A stretch of DNA of 33,880 nucleotides from an uncultured Candidatus Saccharibacteria bacterium. Its GTDB lineage: Bacteria > Patescibacteriota > Minisyncoccia > Minisyncoccales > UBA10102. Within the stretch, counting starts at the first letter, position 1, and each line of letters begins with the position of its first letter. This document shows positions 10,289 through 19,442 of the stretch, one piece after another. The position numbers and the translations under genes were made by a program. Where the stretch lies: positions 1 to 33,880 of the forward strand of contig CAYYFJ010000004.1 in assembly GCA_964471385.1 (NCBI GenBank). Reading direction: 5' to 3'. The notes beneath the pieces are model-generated. The model ran no database searches. It had not been told where the DNA came from and saw nothing but the letters and a program-made list of their open reading frames with translations.

Positions 10289-10310
10289 AATACGCGAAAC
10301 AAAAACGACA

Positions 10311-10338
10311 AAAAGCGTGCATGCACGCTTTTTGTTTT
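10311..10338 (+). terminator. Rho-independent terminator after rpoC
   Basis: The palindrome AAAAGCGTGCATGCACGCTTTT is followed by TTTTGTTTT, 23 nt after the rpoC stop. Confidence 0.75.
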
Positions 10339-10347
10339 AGAGGAATT

Positions 10348-10356
10348 TGGTATACT
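10348..10356 (+). promoter_or_regulatory. Extended -10 element (TGgTATACT) immediately upstream of ftsK
   Basis: TGGTATACT lies at 10348-10356 and the ftsK ATG at 10363, i.e. 6 nt after the -10. No SD is present. Confidence 0.4.
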
Positions 10357-10362
10357 ACACAA

Positions 10363-12561
10363 ATGGCGAAAGTTAAAAAACACAAACATCTGAAACGCCG
10401 CGAAGATGGAACACCCCGCAGGTTTGGAGGAATTGCGCTTCCTGAAAGCGCTCTGCGCATGATATGGGGGATTGCGATGTTCACCGCCGCGCTTATTTTC
10501 GTGTTTGCGTTTTTTCAGAACGCGGGGATTGCGGGAGATTTTTTTCTTCGCACATTCCAGCTGTTTGTCGGAAAGGCGGCGTTTTTCGCCCCGTTTCTTT
10601 TTGTGCTTGCCGGAGCCGTGTTTTTCGGCATGAGGGAATTTAGCGTGTGGACCGTGTTCGCGACCCTGATTTTTCTGTTAGCTGGCATGAGCGGAATGTT
10701 CGCGGTGGTGGCGCGGGGCAATCATCTTGACATTCAGCAGGTGGCGGGACTTCTTGGATTTGCCGTGTCAGCTCCGATAGTGGGCGCGTTCGGCATCTGG
10801 GTGGGCGGCATCATCCTTGCCGCGACTCTCCTCGCTTCGTTAGCGGTGTTTTGGCATTTGATTGAACACGAGTACAGCGAAGGCTTGGGAGCCGCGGGAG
10901 GCGCGCAGGAAAAAATACGGAAAATTTTTGAGCCGAAGTTTGAGGTAAAAGAGTTAGAGCCCGAGCCTAAAATACGCAATGCCATGAGCGCGGAAGCGGA
11001 GAAGCCGCAGGCTCAAAAAACCGGATCGTCAAAACAAAAGAAATTTGAACCCATTCCCGCAATGGCCGGAGACTACAAGTTTCCCCCGGCCGATCTTTTG
11101 GAAGAGGACAAGGGCATTCCAAACGCGGGAGACATTAAAATTTATTCATCTATTATTAAGAAAACCCTCCAGCATTTTGACATTCCCGTGGAACTTTCAG
11201 AGGTGAACATCGGGCCTGCCGTCACGCAGTACGCCATAAAACCGGCAGAAGGGATTAAGCTTTCGCGCATCACCGCCCTGCAGGCGGATTTGTCTCTGGC
11301 TCTTGCGGCCCATCCCATACGCATTGAAGCTCCAATACCCGGCAGGGCTTTGGTTGGCATTGAAATTCCCAACAAGATCCGCGCCACCGTCAGGTTGCGG
11401 GGGCTCATTGAATCCCAGCCGTTTAAGGAATCGCATTCTTCTCTGCTGATTGCGCTGGGCAAAGATGTTTCAGGAAGCCCCATTTTTACCGACCTTGCGA
11501 AAATGCCCCACATGCTGGTGGCGGGCGCCACGGGATCGGGAAAAACAATCGGGCTGAACAATATTATTTTGAGCCTTGTGTACCGCAATTCTCCAAACAC
11601 CCTCCGGTTTATTCTCGTGGATCCCAAGCGCGTGGAATTCCCCGTGTACAACGACCTTCCCCATTTGCTTACCCCCGTTATTTTGGAGAACCAGAAGGTT
11701 CTTAATGTGTTAAAATGGCTGATCAAAGAAATGGAGCGGCGTTTTCAGGCGCTTTCTCAAGTAAGGGCACGCGACATTGGCAGTTATCATGCGCTGTACA
11801 GGGAAAAAGCAAAAGGAGCGGCGGGCGAGGACGAGTGGGAAACCATGCCCTATATCGTGGTTGTTATTGACGAGTTAGCTGATCTGATGGCTTCGCGCGG
11901 CAAAGAGCTTGAAGGCATGATTGTGCGTTTGGCCCAGATGGCTCGGGCCGTGGGCATTCATCTCGTGCTTGCCACCCAGCGCCCGTCTGTGGAAGTTATC
12001 ACCGGACTTATCAAGGCAAACGTAACCGCGAGAGTCGCTTTTCAGGTCGCTTCGCAGGTGGATTCGCGCACCATTTTGGATTCTGCGGGAGCTGAAAAAC
12101 TGCTGGGGCAGGGGGATATGCTCTTTTTATCCACGGAGTTTTCCAAGCCCAAGCGCGTGCAGGGAGCGTATGTGTCAGACAAAGACGTAAAGAAAGTTGT
12201 CGCTTGGATTGCGCAGGAAAACGAACGCGTGGCGCGCCAGGACATTGAGGAAGACGAGCTCTCTCAAAGCGCCATGGAGGGAATGGAAAATATCGGCGCG
12301 GGAGGGACCTCCGAAGAAGACGATCCGCTGTACGAGGAAGCAAAACATGTGGTTGTGGAGTCCAAGCGCGCGTCAGCTTCCCTTCTTCAGCGCCGTCTAA
12401 AGCTCGGATATGCCAGAGCCGCCCGCCTTCTTGACATGATGGAAGAGCGCGGTGTCGTGGGGCCCGGAGAGGGGGCAAAACCAAGGGAAGTGTATATGAA
12501 ATCGGGTCATGTGGAAGAGGAAGACGGAACCCAAAGCGAGTGGACAAGCCCGAAACTTTAA
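10363..12561 (+). CDS. ftsK: DNA translocase FtsK/SpoIIIE
   Basis: N-terminal TM helices, Walker A GATGSGKT, the VVIDELADLM motif and a C-terminal gamma/winged-helix domain (LLQRRLKLGYARAARLLDMMEERGVVG). The track start at 10321 lies inside the rpoC terminator, so ATG 10363 (MAKVKKHK) is preferred. Confidence 0.9.
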   Translation: MAKVKKHKHLKRREDGTPRRFGGIALPESALRMIWGIAMFTAALIFVFAFFQNAGIAGDFFLRTFQLFVGKAAFFAPFLFVLAGAVFFGMREFSVWTVFATLIFLLAGMSGMFAVVARGNHLDIQQVAGLLGFAVSAPIVGAFGIWVGGIILAATLLASLAVFWHLIEHEYSEGLGAAGGAQEKIRKIFEPKFEVKELEPEPKIRNAMSAEAEKPQAQKTGSSKQKKFEPIPAMAGDYKFPPADLLEEDKGIPNAGDIKIYSSIIKKTLQHFDIPVELSEVNIGPAVTQYAIKPAEGIKLSRITALQADLSLALAAHPIRIEAPIPGRALVGIEIPNKIRATVRLRGLIESQPFKESHSSLLIALGKDVSGSPIFTDLAKMPHMLVAGATGSGKTIGLNNIILSLVYRNSPNTLRFILVDPKRVEFPVYNDLPHLLTPVILENQKVLNVLKWLIKEMERRFQALSQVRARDIGSYHALYREKAKGAAGEDEWETMPYIVVVIDELADLMASRGKELEGMIVRLAQMARAVGIHLVLATQRPSVEVITGLIKANVTARVAFQVASQVDSRTILDSAGAEKLLGQGDMLFLSTEFSKPKRVQGAYVSDKDVKKVVAWIAQENERVARQDIEEDELSQSAMEGMENIGAGGTSEEDDPLYEEAKHVVVESKRASASLLQRRLKLGYARAARLLDMMEERGVVGPGEGAKPREVYMKSGHVEEEDGTQSEWTSPKL

Positions 12562-12653
12562 ATCAAATATCAAAAATCAAACATCAAAATCCAATGGAGA
12601 ATGCAAATTTTACATTTTGATATGTCATTTTTATATTTGATTTTTGATTTTTA
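12560..12653. repeat. AT-rich word hairpin (AAATCAA/ATCAAAA variant) in the ftsK-recA spacer
   Basis: Left arm AAATCAAATATCAAAAATCAAACATCAAAATCC. Right arm CATTTTGATATGTCATTTTTATATTTGATTTTTGATTTT. Complementarity is imperfect. Confidence 0.65.
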
Positions 12654-12663
12654 ATTTTTTACT

Positions 12664-13686
12664 ATGTCAAAGAAAAAACCTGAAAAAATTATAAGCGGCG
12701 ATCTCAAGGAAGCGATTGAAGAGATTAAAGAAAAATTCGGGGAGGGCGCCATTATGAAACTTAGCGATGCCACGAGCATGCAGGTGGAGGCCATACCCAC
12801 AGGTTCTGTTTCCATTGATATGGCGCTTGGAGTCGGGGGCGTGCCGAGAGGCAGGATTATTGAAGTGTACGGGCCCGAAGCATCGGGAAAAACAACGCTT
12901 GCCCTTCATATTCTGGCGCAAGCCCAAAAGGGCGGCGGAGTGGGAGCGTTTATAGACGCGGAGCACGCGCTGGACCCTGATTATGCAAAACGCATTGGAG
13001 TGAATGTGGAGGACCTGCTTATCTCACAGCCGGATTCCGGAGAGCAGGCGCTTGGGATTGTGGAAACCTTGGTGCGTTCGGGCGAGGTTGATGTGATTGT
13101 GGTGGATTCCGTGGCGGCTCTCACTCCGAGAAATGAAATTGCGGGAGAAATGGGAGAATTCCAGATAGGCCTGCAGGCGAGGTTGATGTCTTCCGCCTTG
13201 CGCAAGCTTTCCGCGATTGTAGCCAAAACAAAAACTTGCGTTATTTTTCTCAACCAGATACGCATGAAAATCGGCGTGATGTTCGGAAATCCGGAAACAA
13301 CGCCGGGAGGGCTTGCGTTGAAATTCTACGCTTCCGCGCGCATTGAATTAAGAAGAATAGCTCAAATCAAGCACGGGGAACAGATTACGGGATCCCGCGT
13401 GAGAGCAAAAATAGTGAAAAACAAAGTTGCTCCTCCTTTCCAAACCACAGAGTTTGATATTTATTACAACGAAGGAATTTCTTATGCGGCCGATCTCGTG
13501 AACGCCGGCCTTAAAGAGGGGATTTTGCAAAAATCAGGATCGTGGATTCAGTTTGAAGAAACAAAAATCGGCCAGGGCATGGAAGGGGCGCGGGCATTTT
13601 TGAAAGAGAACTTGCAAACTGCAGAGCAAATAAGGCAAAAGCTCTTTGAGCGCGCCCGCGTCTCTCTGCAAAAACAGAAAGAATGA
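12664..13686 (+). CDS. recA: Recombinase RecA
   Basis: 340-aa ORF with [12 protein letters not shown] Walker A and the typical RecA core ([18 protein letters not shown]). Confidence 0.97.
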   Translation: MSKKKPEKIISGDLKEAIEEIKEKFGEGAIMKLSDATSMQVEAIPTGSVSIDMALGVGGVPRGRIIEVYGPEASGKTTLALHILAQAQKGGGVGAFIDAEHALDPDYAKRIGVNVEDLLISQPDSGEQALGIVETLVRSGEVDVIVVDSVAALTPRNEIAGEMGEFQIGLQARLMSSALRKLSAIVAKTKTCVIFLNQIRMKIGVMFGNPETTPGGLALKFYASARIELRRIAQIKHGEQITGSRVRAKIVKNKVAPPFQTTEFDIYYNEGISYAADLVNAGLKEGILQKSGSWIQFEETKIGQGMEGARAFLKENLQTAEQIRQKLFERARVSLQKQKE

Positions 13687-13688
13687 GT

Positions 13689-13889
13689 TCAGTCCTTAGA
13701 AATGTGAGAGAGGAGCCCGATGTGGCGCGCCACTTTCACGGCCTTCGCGACTTTGCGCTGGTGAGTCGCGCACAAGCTTGTTTTTTCTTTGGACCTTATT
13801 TTTCCGAGACCGGAAAGGTAACGCCTAAGAATTTGCGTGTCTTTATGGTCAACTTCCTGAATATTTTTTTTGCAAAAATAGCAATCCAT
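13689..13889 (-). CDS. rpsR: 30S ribosomal protein S18
   Basis: 66-aa ORF (CYFCKKNIQEVDHKDTQILRRYLS...IRSKEKTSLCATHQRKVAKAVKVARHIGLL) in rpsF-ssb-rpsR synteny. Confidence 0.9.
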   Translation of the reverse strand: MDCYFCKKNIQEVDHKDTQILRRYLSGLGKIRSKEKTSLCATHQRKVAKAVKVARHIGLLSHISKD

Positions 13890-13898
13890 ATTTTACGT

Positions 13899-13984
13899 AA
13901 TGTCAAATGTCAAAATCCAAATGTCAAATGAATGTTTAAAATCCAAATACTCATTTGACATTTGAGCTTTGGCATTTGGATTTT
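13899..13984. repeat. AAATGYC heptad-word inverted repeat (hairpin) between ssb and rpsR
   Basis: Left arm AATGTCAAATGTCAAAATCCAAATGTCAAATGAATG. Right arm CATTTGACATTTGAGCTTTGGCATTTGGATTTT. The first 37 nt are identical to 32362-32398. Confidence 0.85.
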
Positions 13985-14471
13985 AGAAGGGGATATCTTT
14001 CACGTCAATTTCTTCGTCCTCCTCAATAATGGGAATTTCTTCCACCGATTCCTCTTTTGTCTCTTTTTGCTGGGGCGTTGTTTTGTTGTCCGCCTGAGGG
14101 GCGCGCCCCTCTTCTTTCACAAACGGGACCGATCCGCCTTCGCTTCCTTTGGGCCCTAACTGCAGGCGCTCTGCGATAATTTCGGTGCGGTATTTTTTTA
14201 CGCCTTGGGCGTCCTGCCATGATCGCGTTTCAATTCTTCCCTCCACATACACCAAGGACCCCTTCCTTAAATATTGGGACGCGATTTCGCCAAGCCGTCT
14301 CCATGCGATGACCGTATGGAATTCGGCTTTTGATTGCCTCTGATTGCCAGCGTCCGTCCACACCCTGTTTGTTGCCACGCGCAGATTGCACACGGTCTGA
14401 CCCGAAGGGGTTGAGCGCGTTTCAGGGGTGTCCACCACCCGCCCTATGAGCATGACTTTGTTTAAATCCAT
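13983..14471 (-). CDS. ssb: Single-stranded DNA-binding protein
   Basis: 162-aa ORF with an OB-fold N-terminus (MLIGRVVDTPETR...FHTVIAWRRLGE) and an acidic C-terminal tail ending DIPF. Confidence 0.95.
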   Translation of the reverse strand: MDLNKVMLIGRVVDTPETRSTPSGQTVCNLRVATNRVWTDAGNQRQSKAEFHTVIAWRRLGEIASQYLRKGSLVYVEGRIETRSWQDAQGVKKYRTEIIAERLQLGPKGSEGGSVPFVKEEGRAPQADNKTTPQQKETKEESVEEIPIIEEDEEIDVKDIPF

Positions 14472-14480
14472 AGTTTACCT

Positions 14481-14573
14481 AATGCCAAATATCAAAATCC
14501 AAAATCTCAATACTCATTTGACATTTGAACTTTAGATTTCATTTGACATTTGAGTTTTGGCATTTGGATTTTT
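14481..14573. repeat. AAATGYC heptad-word inverted repeat between rpsF and ssb
   Basis: Left arm AATGCCAAATATCAAAATCCAAAATCTCAATACT. Right arm CATTTGACATTTGAACTTTAGATTTCATTTGACATTTGAGTTTTGGCATTTGGATTTTT. Confidence 0.85.
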
Positions 14574-14578
14574 CAAAC

Positions 14579-15004
14579 CTAGGTTTCCTTGAAGATTTCT
14601 TCCAGCTTTTTGTCAATCTCGCCGATGTCCACCGGTTTTTCCTGTTCTTTTGCGATAGCGACGGGCTCTTGAAGAGCTGGCGGTTGAATGGCGGGGGACT
14701 GCTTTAATTTTCTGCTTTGTTTTGCCGGAGCTTCCATAATCATACTTCGGATCGCCGAGGATTCCCCGTTTACCCGTTTTTTCAGCGTTTCTATATTGTC
14801 GGGGCTGAACGAAAATGTAAGCGCGGCAAGCATGGCTTCTTTATTTTTTCCGGATCCGTGGAATGCCTTTTTACCCTTGATTTCCTGCGTTTCAAGCAAG
14901 CCTCCCTGATCTTGGATAAAAGAAACAAGCGCCCCCAAAAGATCAAGCAGGGCCGCTTCTTCAATCGCCGGATTCAACAGCAGATTTAACTCGTATCGTT
15001 TCAT
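14579..15004 (-). CDS. rpsF: 30S ribosomal protein S6 (divergent, with C-terminal extension)
   Basis: 141-aa ORF. The N-terminus MKRYELNLLLNP and the ...AIRSMIM motif are S6-like. It sits at the head of the rpsF-ssb-rpsR cluster. Confidence 0.75.
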   Translation of the reverse strand: MKRYELNLLLNPAIEEAALLDLLGALVSFIQDQGGLLETQEIKGKKAFHGSGKNKEAMLAALTFSFSPDNIETLKKRVNGESSAIRSMIMEAPAKQSRKLKQSPAIQPPALQEPVAIAKEQEKPVDIGEIDKKLEEIFKET

Positions 15005-15078
15005 GGTCTTTTTGTATCATAATTGCCTTTGTGCGTCAACCATTCCGTCGGGATAGAAAATGTGCTATCCTCTTCATT

Positions 15079-16491
15079 ATGGACATCAATCCTTCCATTT
15101 TTCATCCGTATGATATCAGGGGAAAATATCCGGAAGAAATCAATGAAGACGCCGCGTACCGGTTGGGCAGGGGATTTGTGAATTTCTTGCGGAAAAATGA
15201 CGAGTCCCGAATATTAACGATTGTCGCGGGGCGGGATTCCCGTTTGTCTTCCCCTTTGTTGTTTGCGTCATTCGCGAGCGGGGTGACTGACGAGGGATGC
15301 GATGTTGTTGACATTGGATTGGTACCCACTCCCATGCTGTATTATGCAGTCAGAACGTTTTCCTACGACGGAGGCGCCATGGTGACGGCTTCCCACAATC
15401 CGAATCCTTACAACGGGTTTAAGTTTGCGGGGGGAGAGGGCATCTCGCTTTCAGAAAATTCAGGGCTTGCATTGTTGAAAAAATATACGCTTTCCTATCC
15501 ATTTTTGCCGGGCGGCGCCATGGTTGCAGACCATGTCGGTCGCGCGCCAAAAGGCAAAGTGATCAAAAAAAATCTGGAGCGCGTATATGTGCAAAGCACA
15601 TTTGAATTGGCGAATGTCAAGCCAAAGGAATTGAAAGGCATTCGCGTTGCCGTGGATGCCGCTCACGGGTCGGGAGGCGCGGTGGTTATGCAAATCCTTG
15701 AAAAAGCCGGAGCCGAGATTATTTCTCTCTGCATGAAACCGGACGGCCATTTTCCCCATCATGTGCCAGACCCCGTGGCGCGGGGCAACCTTGACGACAT
15801 TGTCGCGTTTATAAAAGACGCAAAGCCGGTCATGGGTGTGGCGCTGGACGGGGACGCGGACAGAATCGTGTTCTTAGATGAGCGCGGAGAAACCGTTCCT
15901 GCCGACATTGTCACTGCCCTGTTTGCGGAAATGCTTTTGACTCAGCGCAAAGGCGGCAGGAAAAAAATCAAAATTTTGTATGATTTTCGGTCCAGCAATG
16001 TGGTTCCGGAAATTATCGCGCGCAACGGAGGCGTGCCGGTTCCCTACCGGGTGGGGCACAGCTACATACAGCGAAAAATGAAAAAAGACCGCATTCTGTT
16101 CGGGGGGGAACTTGTGGGGCACTATTATTGGGGAGACGGTTTATATTACGAAGTGCCCTTTGTCGTGATGCTGAAATTGATGCGTCTTTTGCATGAAAGC
16201 AAGGTGCCACTCTCGGAACTTGTTGCTCCCCTTCAGAAATATTTTCATTCAGGGGAAATCAATTTCAAAACGCAAAACTGGGAGCGCATCTCCGGACGGC
16301 TGGAGAAAAAATACGCGCAAGGCAAAAAGAACGCCAAAGACGGTCTGCGCGTTGATTTTCGCGATTGGTGGTTTCTTGTCAGGCCTTCCAATACGGAGCC
16401 CCTGATACGGCTTGTGGTGGAGGCGCATTCCAAAGAGAAAATGGAGAAAAAAAAGAAAGAGCTCAGTTCTCTCATTTCCTCTCTCGTTTAG
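15079..16491 (+). CDS. Phosphomannomutase/phosphoglucomutase family (alpha-D-phosphohexomutase)
   Basis: Active-site TASHNPNPYNGFK, metal loop DGDADR and C-terminal RPSNTEPLIR. The GTG at 15031 gives a non-conserved extension, so ATG 15079 (MDINPSIFHPYDIRG) is preferred. Confidence 0.9.
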   Translation: MDINPSIFHPYDIRGKYPEEINEDAAYRLGRGFVNFLRKNDESRILTIVAGRDSRLSSPLLFASFASGVTDEGCDVVDIGLVPTPMLYYAVRTFSYDGGAMVTASHNPNPYNGFKFAGGEGISLSENSGLALLKKYTLSYPFLPGGAMVADHVGRAPKGKVIKKNLERVYVQSTFELANVKPKELKGIRVAVDAAHGSGGAVVMQILEKAGAEIISLCMKPDGHFPHHVPDPVARGNLDDIVAFIKDAKPVMGVALDGDADRIVFLDERGETVPADIVTALFAEMLLTQRKGGRKKIKILYDFRSSNVVPEIIARNGGVPVPYRVGHSYIQRKMKKDRILFGGELVGHYYWGDGLYYEVPFVVMLKLMRLLHESKVPLSELVAPLQKYFHSGEINFKTQNWERISGRLEKKYAQGKKNAKDGLRVDFRDWWFLVRPSNTEPLIRLVVEAHSKEKMEKKKKELSSLISSLV

Positions 16492-16559
16492 CAAGTTTTT
16501 TTGCGAGCAAGTTTTTTCCGATCTCTCGCGGTCGCATGCGCGCCGATCTATGTTTCTTA

Positions 16560-17546
16560 TTAGGAAAGTTCCAAAAAACCGACTCGTTTTCTCACGTTTT
16601 CCATAGTGAACCTGGCAAGCGAGGCCGCTTTTGCCGAGCCCTTTTTGAGAATTTCTTTTATGTACACCTCGCGGTTTTCAAGCTCTTTTTTCTTCTTGCG
16701 AAATGGCTCCAATTTTTCAACAAGAAGATCGGCCAGCGCTTTTTTAAACCCGGCGTACCCGCTTGTTTTAAATTTTTTTTCAGCATCCTGCATTGCTATT
16801 TCTCCAAATAGCGAATAGATGGCGAGGAGATTGGAAATGCCCGGCTTTTTCACCGGATCATATCGTATTTCTTTTCCCGCGTCTGTGACCGCTCCCGATA
16901 TTTTTTTGCGAATGAGCGGAGGCTCTTCAAAAATTTTGATCTGGGATTCCGCGCTGTCGGACTTTGACATTTTCTTTTTCAGGTCTTCCAGCGACATAAT
17001 GCGCGCTCCAAGATCGGGCAGTACCGCTTTTGGTTCTTTGAAGGTGGCGCCGTAACGTCCGTTGAATTTTTTTGCCACCATGCGGGTAAATTCCAAATGC
17101 TGGTTTTGGTCTTCTCCCACGGGCACTGCTTCTGTCTGGTACAGAAGGATGTCGCTTGCCATTAATATCGGGTAGTTTAAGAGTCCGGCGTTCACGCTTG
17201 CCTTGTATTTTTTTGATTTATCCTTGTATTGCGTCATGCGTTCCAGCTCGCCCATGGGCGTTACGGTATTCAAAATCCATGCAAGCTCCGTGTGCTCTTT
17301 GACGTGGGACTGCACAAAAAGCGCGGACACTGAAGGGTCAATGCCGAGCGCCAGCAGTTCTATCACTTTTTCCATTGTCGTCTTTGAAAACATGCCGGGG
17401 TCTTGCGGAACGGTAATGGCATGAAGATCTACCACGCAAAACAGGCATTCATTGTGTTTTTGAAGTTCAACCCAGTTGCGCACTGCTCCCAGATAATTCC
17501 CAATGTGCATGGCGCCTGTCGGCTGTATGCCGCTGAATATACGCAT
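16560..17546 (-). CDS. trpS: Tryptophan--tRNA ligase
   Basis: Class I aaRS. GIQPTGAMHIGNYLG is the HIGH-type motif and KMSKS is present. ATG 17546 (MRIFSGIQPTG) is preferred over the TTG at 17564. Confidence 0.93.
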   Translation of the reverse strand: MRIFSGIQPTGAMHIGNYLGAVRNWVELQKHNECLFCVVDLHAITVPQDPGMFSKTTMEKVIELLALGIDPSVSALFVQSHVKEHTELAWILNTVTPMGELERMTQYKDKSKKYKASVNAGLLNYPILMASDILLYQTEAVPVGEDQNQHLEFTRMVAKKFNGRYGATFKEPKAVLPDLGARIMSLEDLKKKMSKSDSAESQIKIFEEPPLIRKKISGAVTDAGKEIRYDPVKKPGISNLLAIYSLFGEIAMQDAEKKFKTSGYAGFKKALADLLVEKLEPFRKKKKELENREVYIKEILKKGSAKAASLARFTMENVRKRVGFLELS

Positions 17547-17568
17547 ATAATGAATAACCAACAAATTT

Positions 17569-17622
17569 AAATATCAAAATCCAAATAGCCAATTTGACAT
17601 TTGAACTTTGGATTTTGGATTT
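17569..17622. repeat. Short AAATGYC-family hairpin between RNase J and trpS
   Basis: AAATATCAAAATCCAAATAGCC / AATTTGACATTTGAACTTTGGATTTTGGATTT. Confidence 0.75.
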
Positions 17623-17630
17623 ATATTTTA

Positions 17631-19334
17631 TTATACTTCAATTACCACGGGAATGACTATGGGTCTTCGCTGGGTTTTTTCAAACAGGAAATCTCCGATT
17701 TTATTGCGGATGCTTTCTTTTACGTACGACCAGTTCACGGCTCCGACCGATCCTGAAGATTTTTCCACAATGTCTATGGTTCTTTTTCTTACCTGGCGCA
17801 AAAGGTCTTTAGATTCTCTCAGATAAATGAATCCGCGCGAGATAATGTCGGGGGATCCTTTGACTCTTCCGGTCTGGCGATCCACCACGGCAATGACCAC
17901 AAACATGCCCCCCTGCGAAAGATTCTGCCTGTCGCGCAAGACGATTTCTCCCACATCTCCCACGCCCAGCCCGTCCACCATGACATAGTTTGAAGGAACC
18001 GGTTTTTTATCTATGGTAAATCCCTGTTTTGTCAGGTTTATGACCATGCCGTTGTCGGCCAATAAGATGTTTTTTTCTGGTATTCCTTCCCCTATTGCGA
18101 GTTTTTGATGGTTCACAAGCATGGAGTACTGGCCGTGCACGGGCATCAAAAATTTCGGCCTCATCAAATGGATCATCGCTTTCAGCTCTTCTTGGTTGCC
18201 GTGTCCGGAGGCGTGAATGTCCATCATTTTATAGTGGAACACTTCCGCTTTTTGGCGGTACAGCTGGTCTTTTACAAACTGCACGGTGCGCTCATTTCCC
18301 GGAATGACGGAAGAAGAAAATACCACCGTGTCTCCCTTCTGGATTTTCAGGATCTGATGTTCTCCGTTCACGATGCGCATGAGCACCGCCCGTCCTTCGC
18401 CCTGCGCTCCCGTGCATACCACCGTGATTTTTGAATCGGGATAGTTTCCGATATCCTTGGTTTTGATGATTGTTCCTTTTTGCGCCTTCAGATATCCAAG
18501 CTGTCGCGCGATTTCCGTGTTGGTCTTCATTGAGTATCCTTCAAACATAACTTTGCGGCCGTATTTTTCAGACAGCGTGATGATCTGCTGGACGCGGTTC
18601 AGCAGAGAAGCAAATGTTGCAATGATGAGGCGGCCCTGCGTCCGTTTAAACAACTCGTCAAGATTTTCCAGTATCGCTTTTTCTGAAAGCGAATGCCCGG
18701 GCTCCTGCGAGTTTGTGGAATCGGACATTAAAAGATGAATGTTTCTGTCCCCGATGCTCTGGAGCTTATTCAGATCCGTAGGGGGTTCGTTGACCGGGCT
18801 TTCGTCAAACTTAAAGTCTGACGTGTGGACAACGATTCCCACGGGGGTTTTTATCGCAAATCCGAAGTTGTCGGCAATGCTGTGGGTCTGGCGAAACGGC
18901 TCCACTTCAAAGGGTCCCAGCTTGAACCGTTTTCCGTTTTCAATGAGCACGACATTAAGTTTGGGCTGGTCCGGGAAATCTTCCTGGCGCTTGGTGATAA
19001 TCGCCCTTGAAAGCGCGCCCGTGTACACGACGGGATTTCCGATTTGCCCCATGATATAGGGCATGGCTCCAATGTGGTCGTAATGGCCGTGGGTGATAAG
19101 AACGCCGAGAATGTCTTTTTCCCGACCCTTCAGATACGCGGCGTTTGGAATGATAAAATCAATGCCCGGCATGTCTTCTTCTGGCATTCTAAATCCAATG
19201 TCAATAACGATGAGTTTTTCGTGAAAGGGAGAATGTTGGTCATGGTATTCCAAGACCGCCATGTTTCTGCCGACCTCCCCCAATCCTCCGAGAGGAATGA
19301 TTTTTACTGTCGGCTGAGATGTTTTTGCAATCAT
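17631..19334 (-). CDS. rnj: Ribonuclease J (metallo-beta-lactamase/beta-CASP)
   Basis: 567-aa ORF with the HGHYDH motif, beta-CASP region and C-terminal domain typical of RNase J. Confidence 0.92.
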   Translation of the reverse strand: MIAKTSQPTVKIIPLGGLGEVGRNMAVLEYHDQHSPFHEKLIVIDIGFRMPEEDMPGIDFIIPNAAYLKGREKDILGVLITHGHYDHIGAMPYIMGQIGNPVVYTGALSRAIITKRQEDFPDQPKLNVVLIENGKRFKLGPFEVEPFRQTHSIADNFGFAIKTPVGIVVHTSDFKFDESPVNEPPTDLNKLQSIGDRNIHLLMSDSTNSQEPGHSLSEKAILENLDELFKRTQGRLIIATFASLLNRVQQIITLSEKYGRKVMFEGYSMKTNTEIARQLGYLKAQKGTIIKTKDIGNYPDSKITVVCTGAQGEGRAVLMRIVNGEHQILKIQKGDTVVFSSSVIPGNERTVQFVKDQLYRQKAEVFHYKMMDIHASGHGNQEELKAMIHLMRPKFLMPVHGQYSMLVNHQKLAIGEGIPEKNILLADNGMVINLTKQGFTIDKKPVPSNYVMVDGLGVGDVGEIVLRDRQNLSQGGMFVVIAVVDRQTGRVKGSPDIISRGFIYLRESKDLLRQVRKRTIDIVEKSSGSVGAVNWSYVKESIRNKIGDFLFEKTQRRPIVIPVVIEV

Positions 19335-19347
19335 ATTTTTTAATTAG

Positions 19348-19434
19348 TGGTGCCCGGAGGGAGAGTTGAACTCCCAAGGGCTTGCGCCCACAGCGCCCTG
19401 AACGCTGCGTGTTTGCCAATTTCACCACCCGGGC
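19348..19434 (-). tRNA. tRNA-Leu (anticodon CAG), class II, CCA encoded
   Basis: The reverse complement folds by hand: acceptor GCCCGGG/TCCGGGC, anticodon stem CAGCG/CGCTG with loop TTCAGGG, long variable arm, T-arm GGGAG TTCAACT CTCCC, discriminator A plus CCA. Confidence 0.9.
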
Positions 19435-19442
19435 ATTGAGCT

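Noticed and set aside
13683-13931. ORFs that read through repeat arms and end in ...KCQNPNVK (13683-13931 and 31984-32394).
   Set aside because: They overlap rpsR and htpX on the opposite strand or in another frame. The shared peptide is simply the translated repeat.
16492-16559. Direct repeats AGCAAGTTTTTT x2 and CCGATCT x2 between the phosphohexomutase gene and trpS.
   Set aside because: They are short, with no inverted partner and no copies elsewhere in the window. They are probably just T-rich 3' regions of convergent genes.
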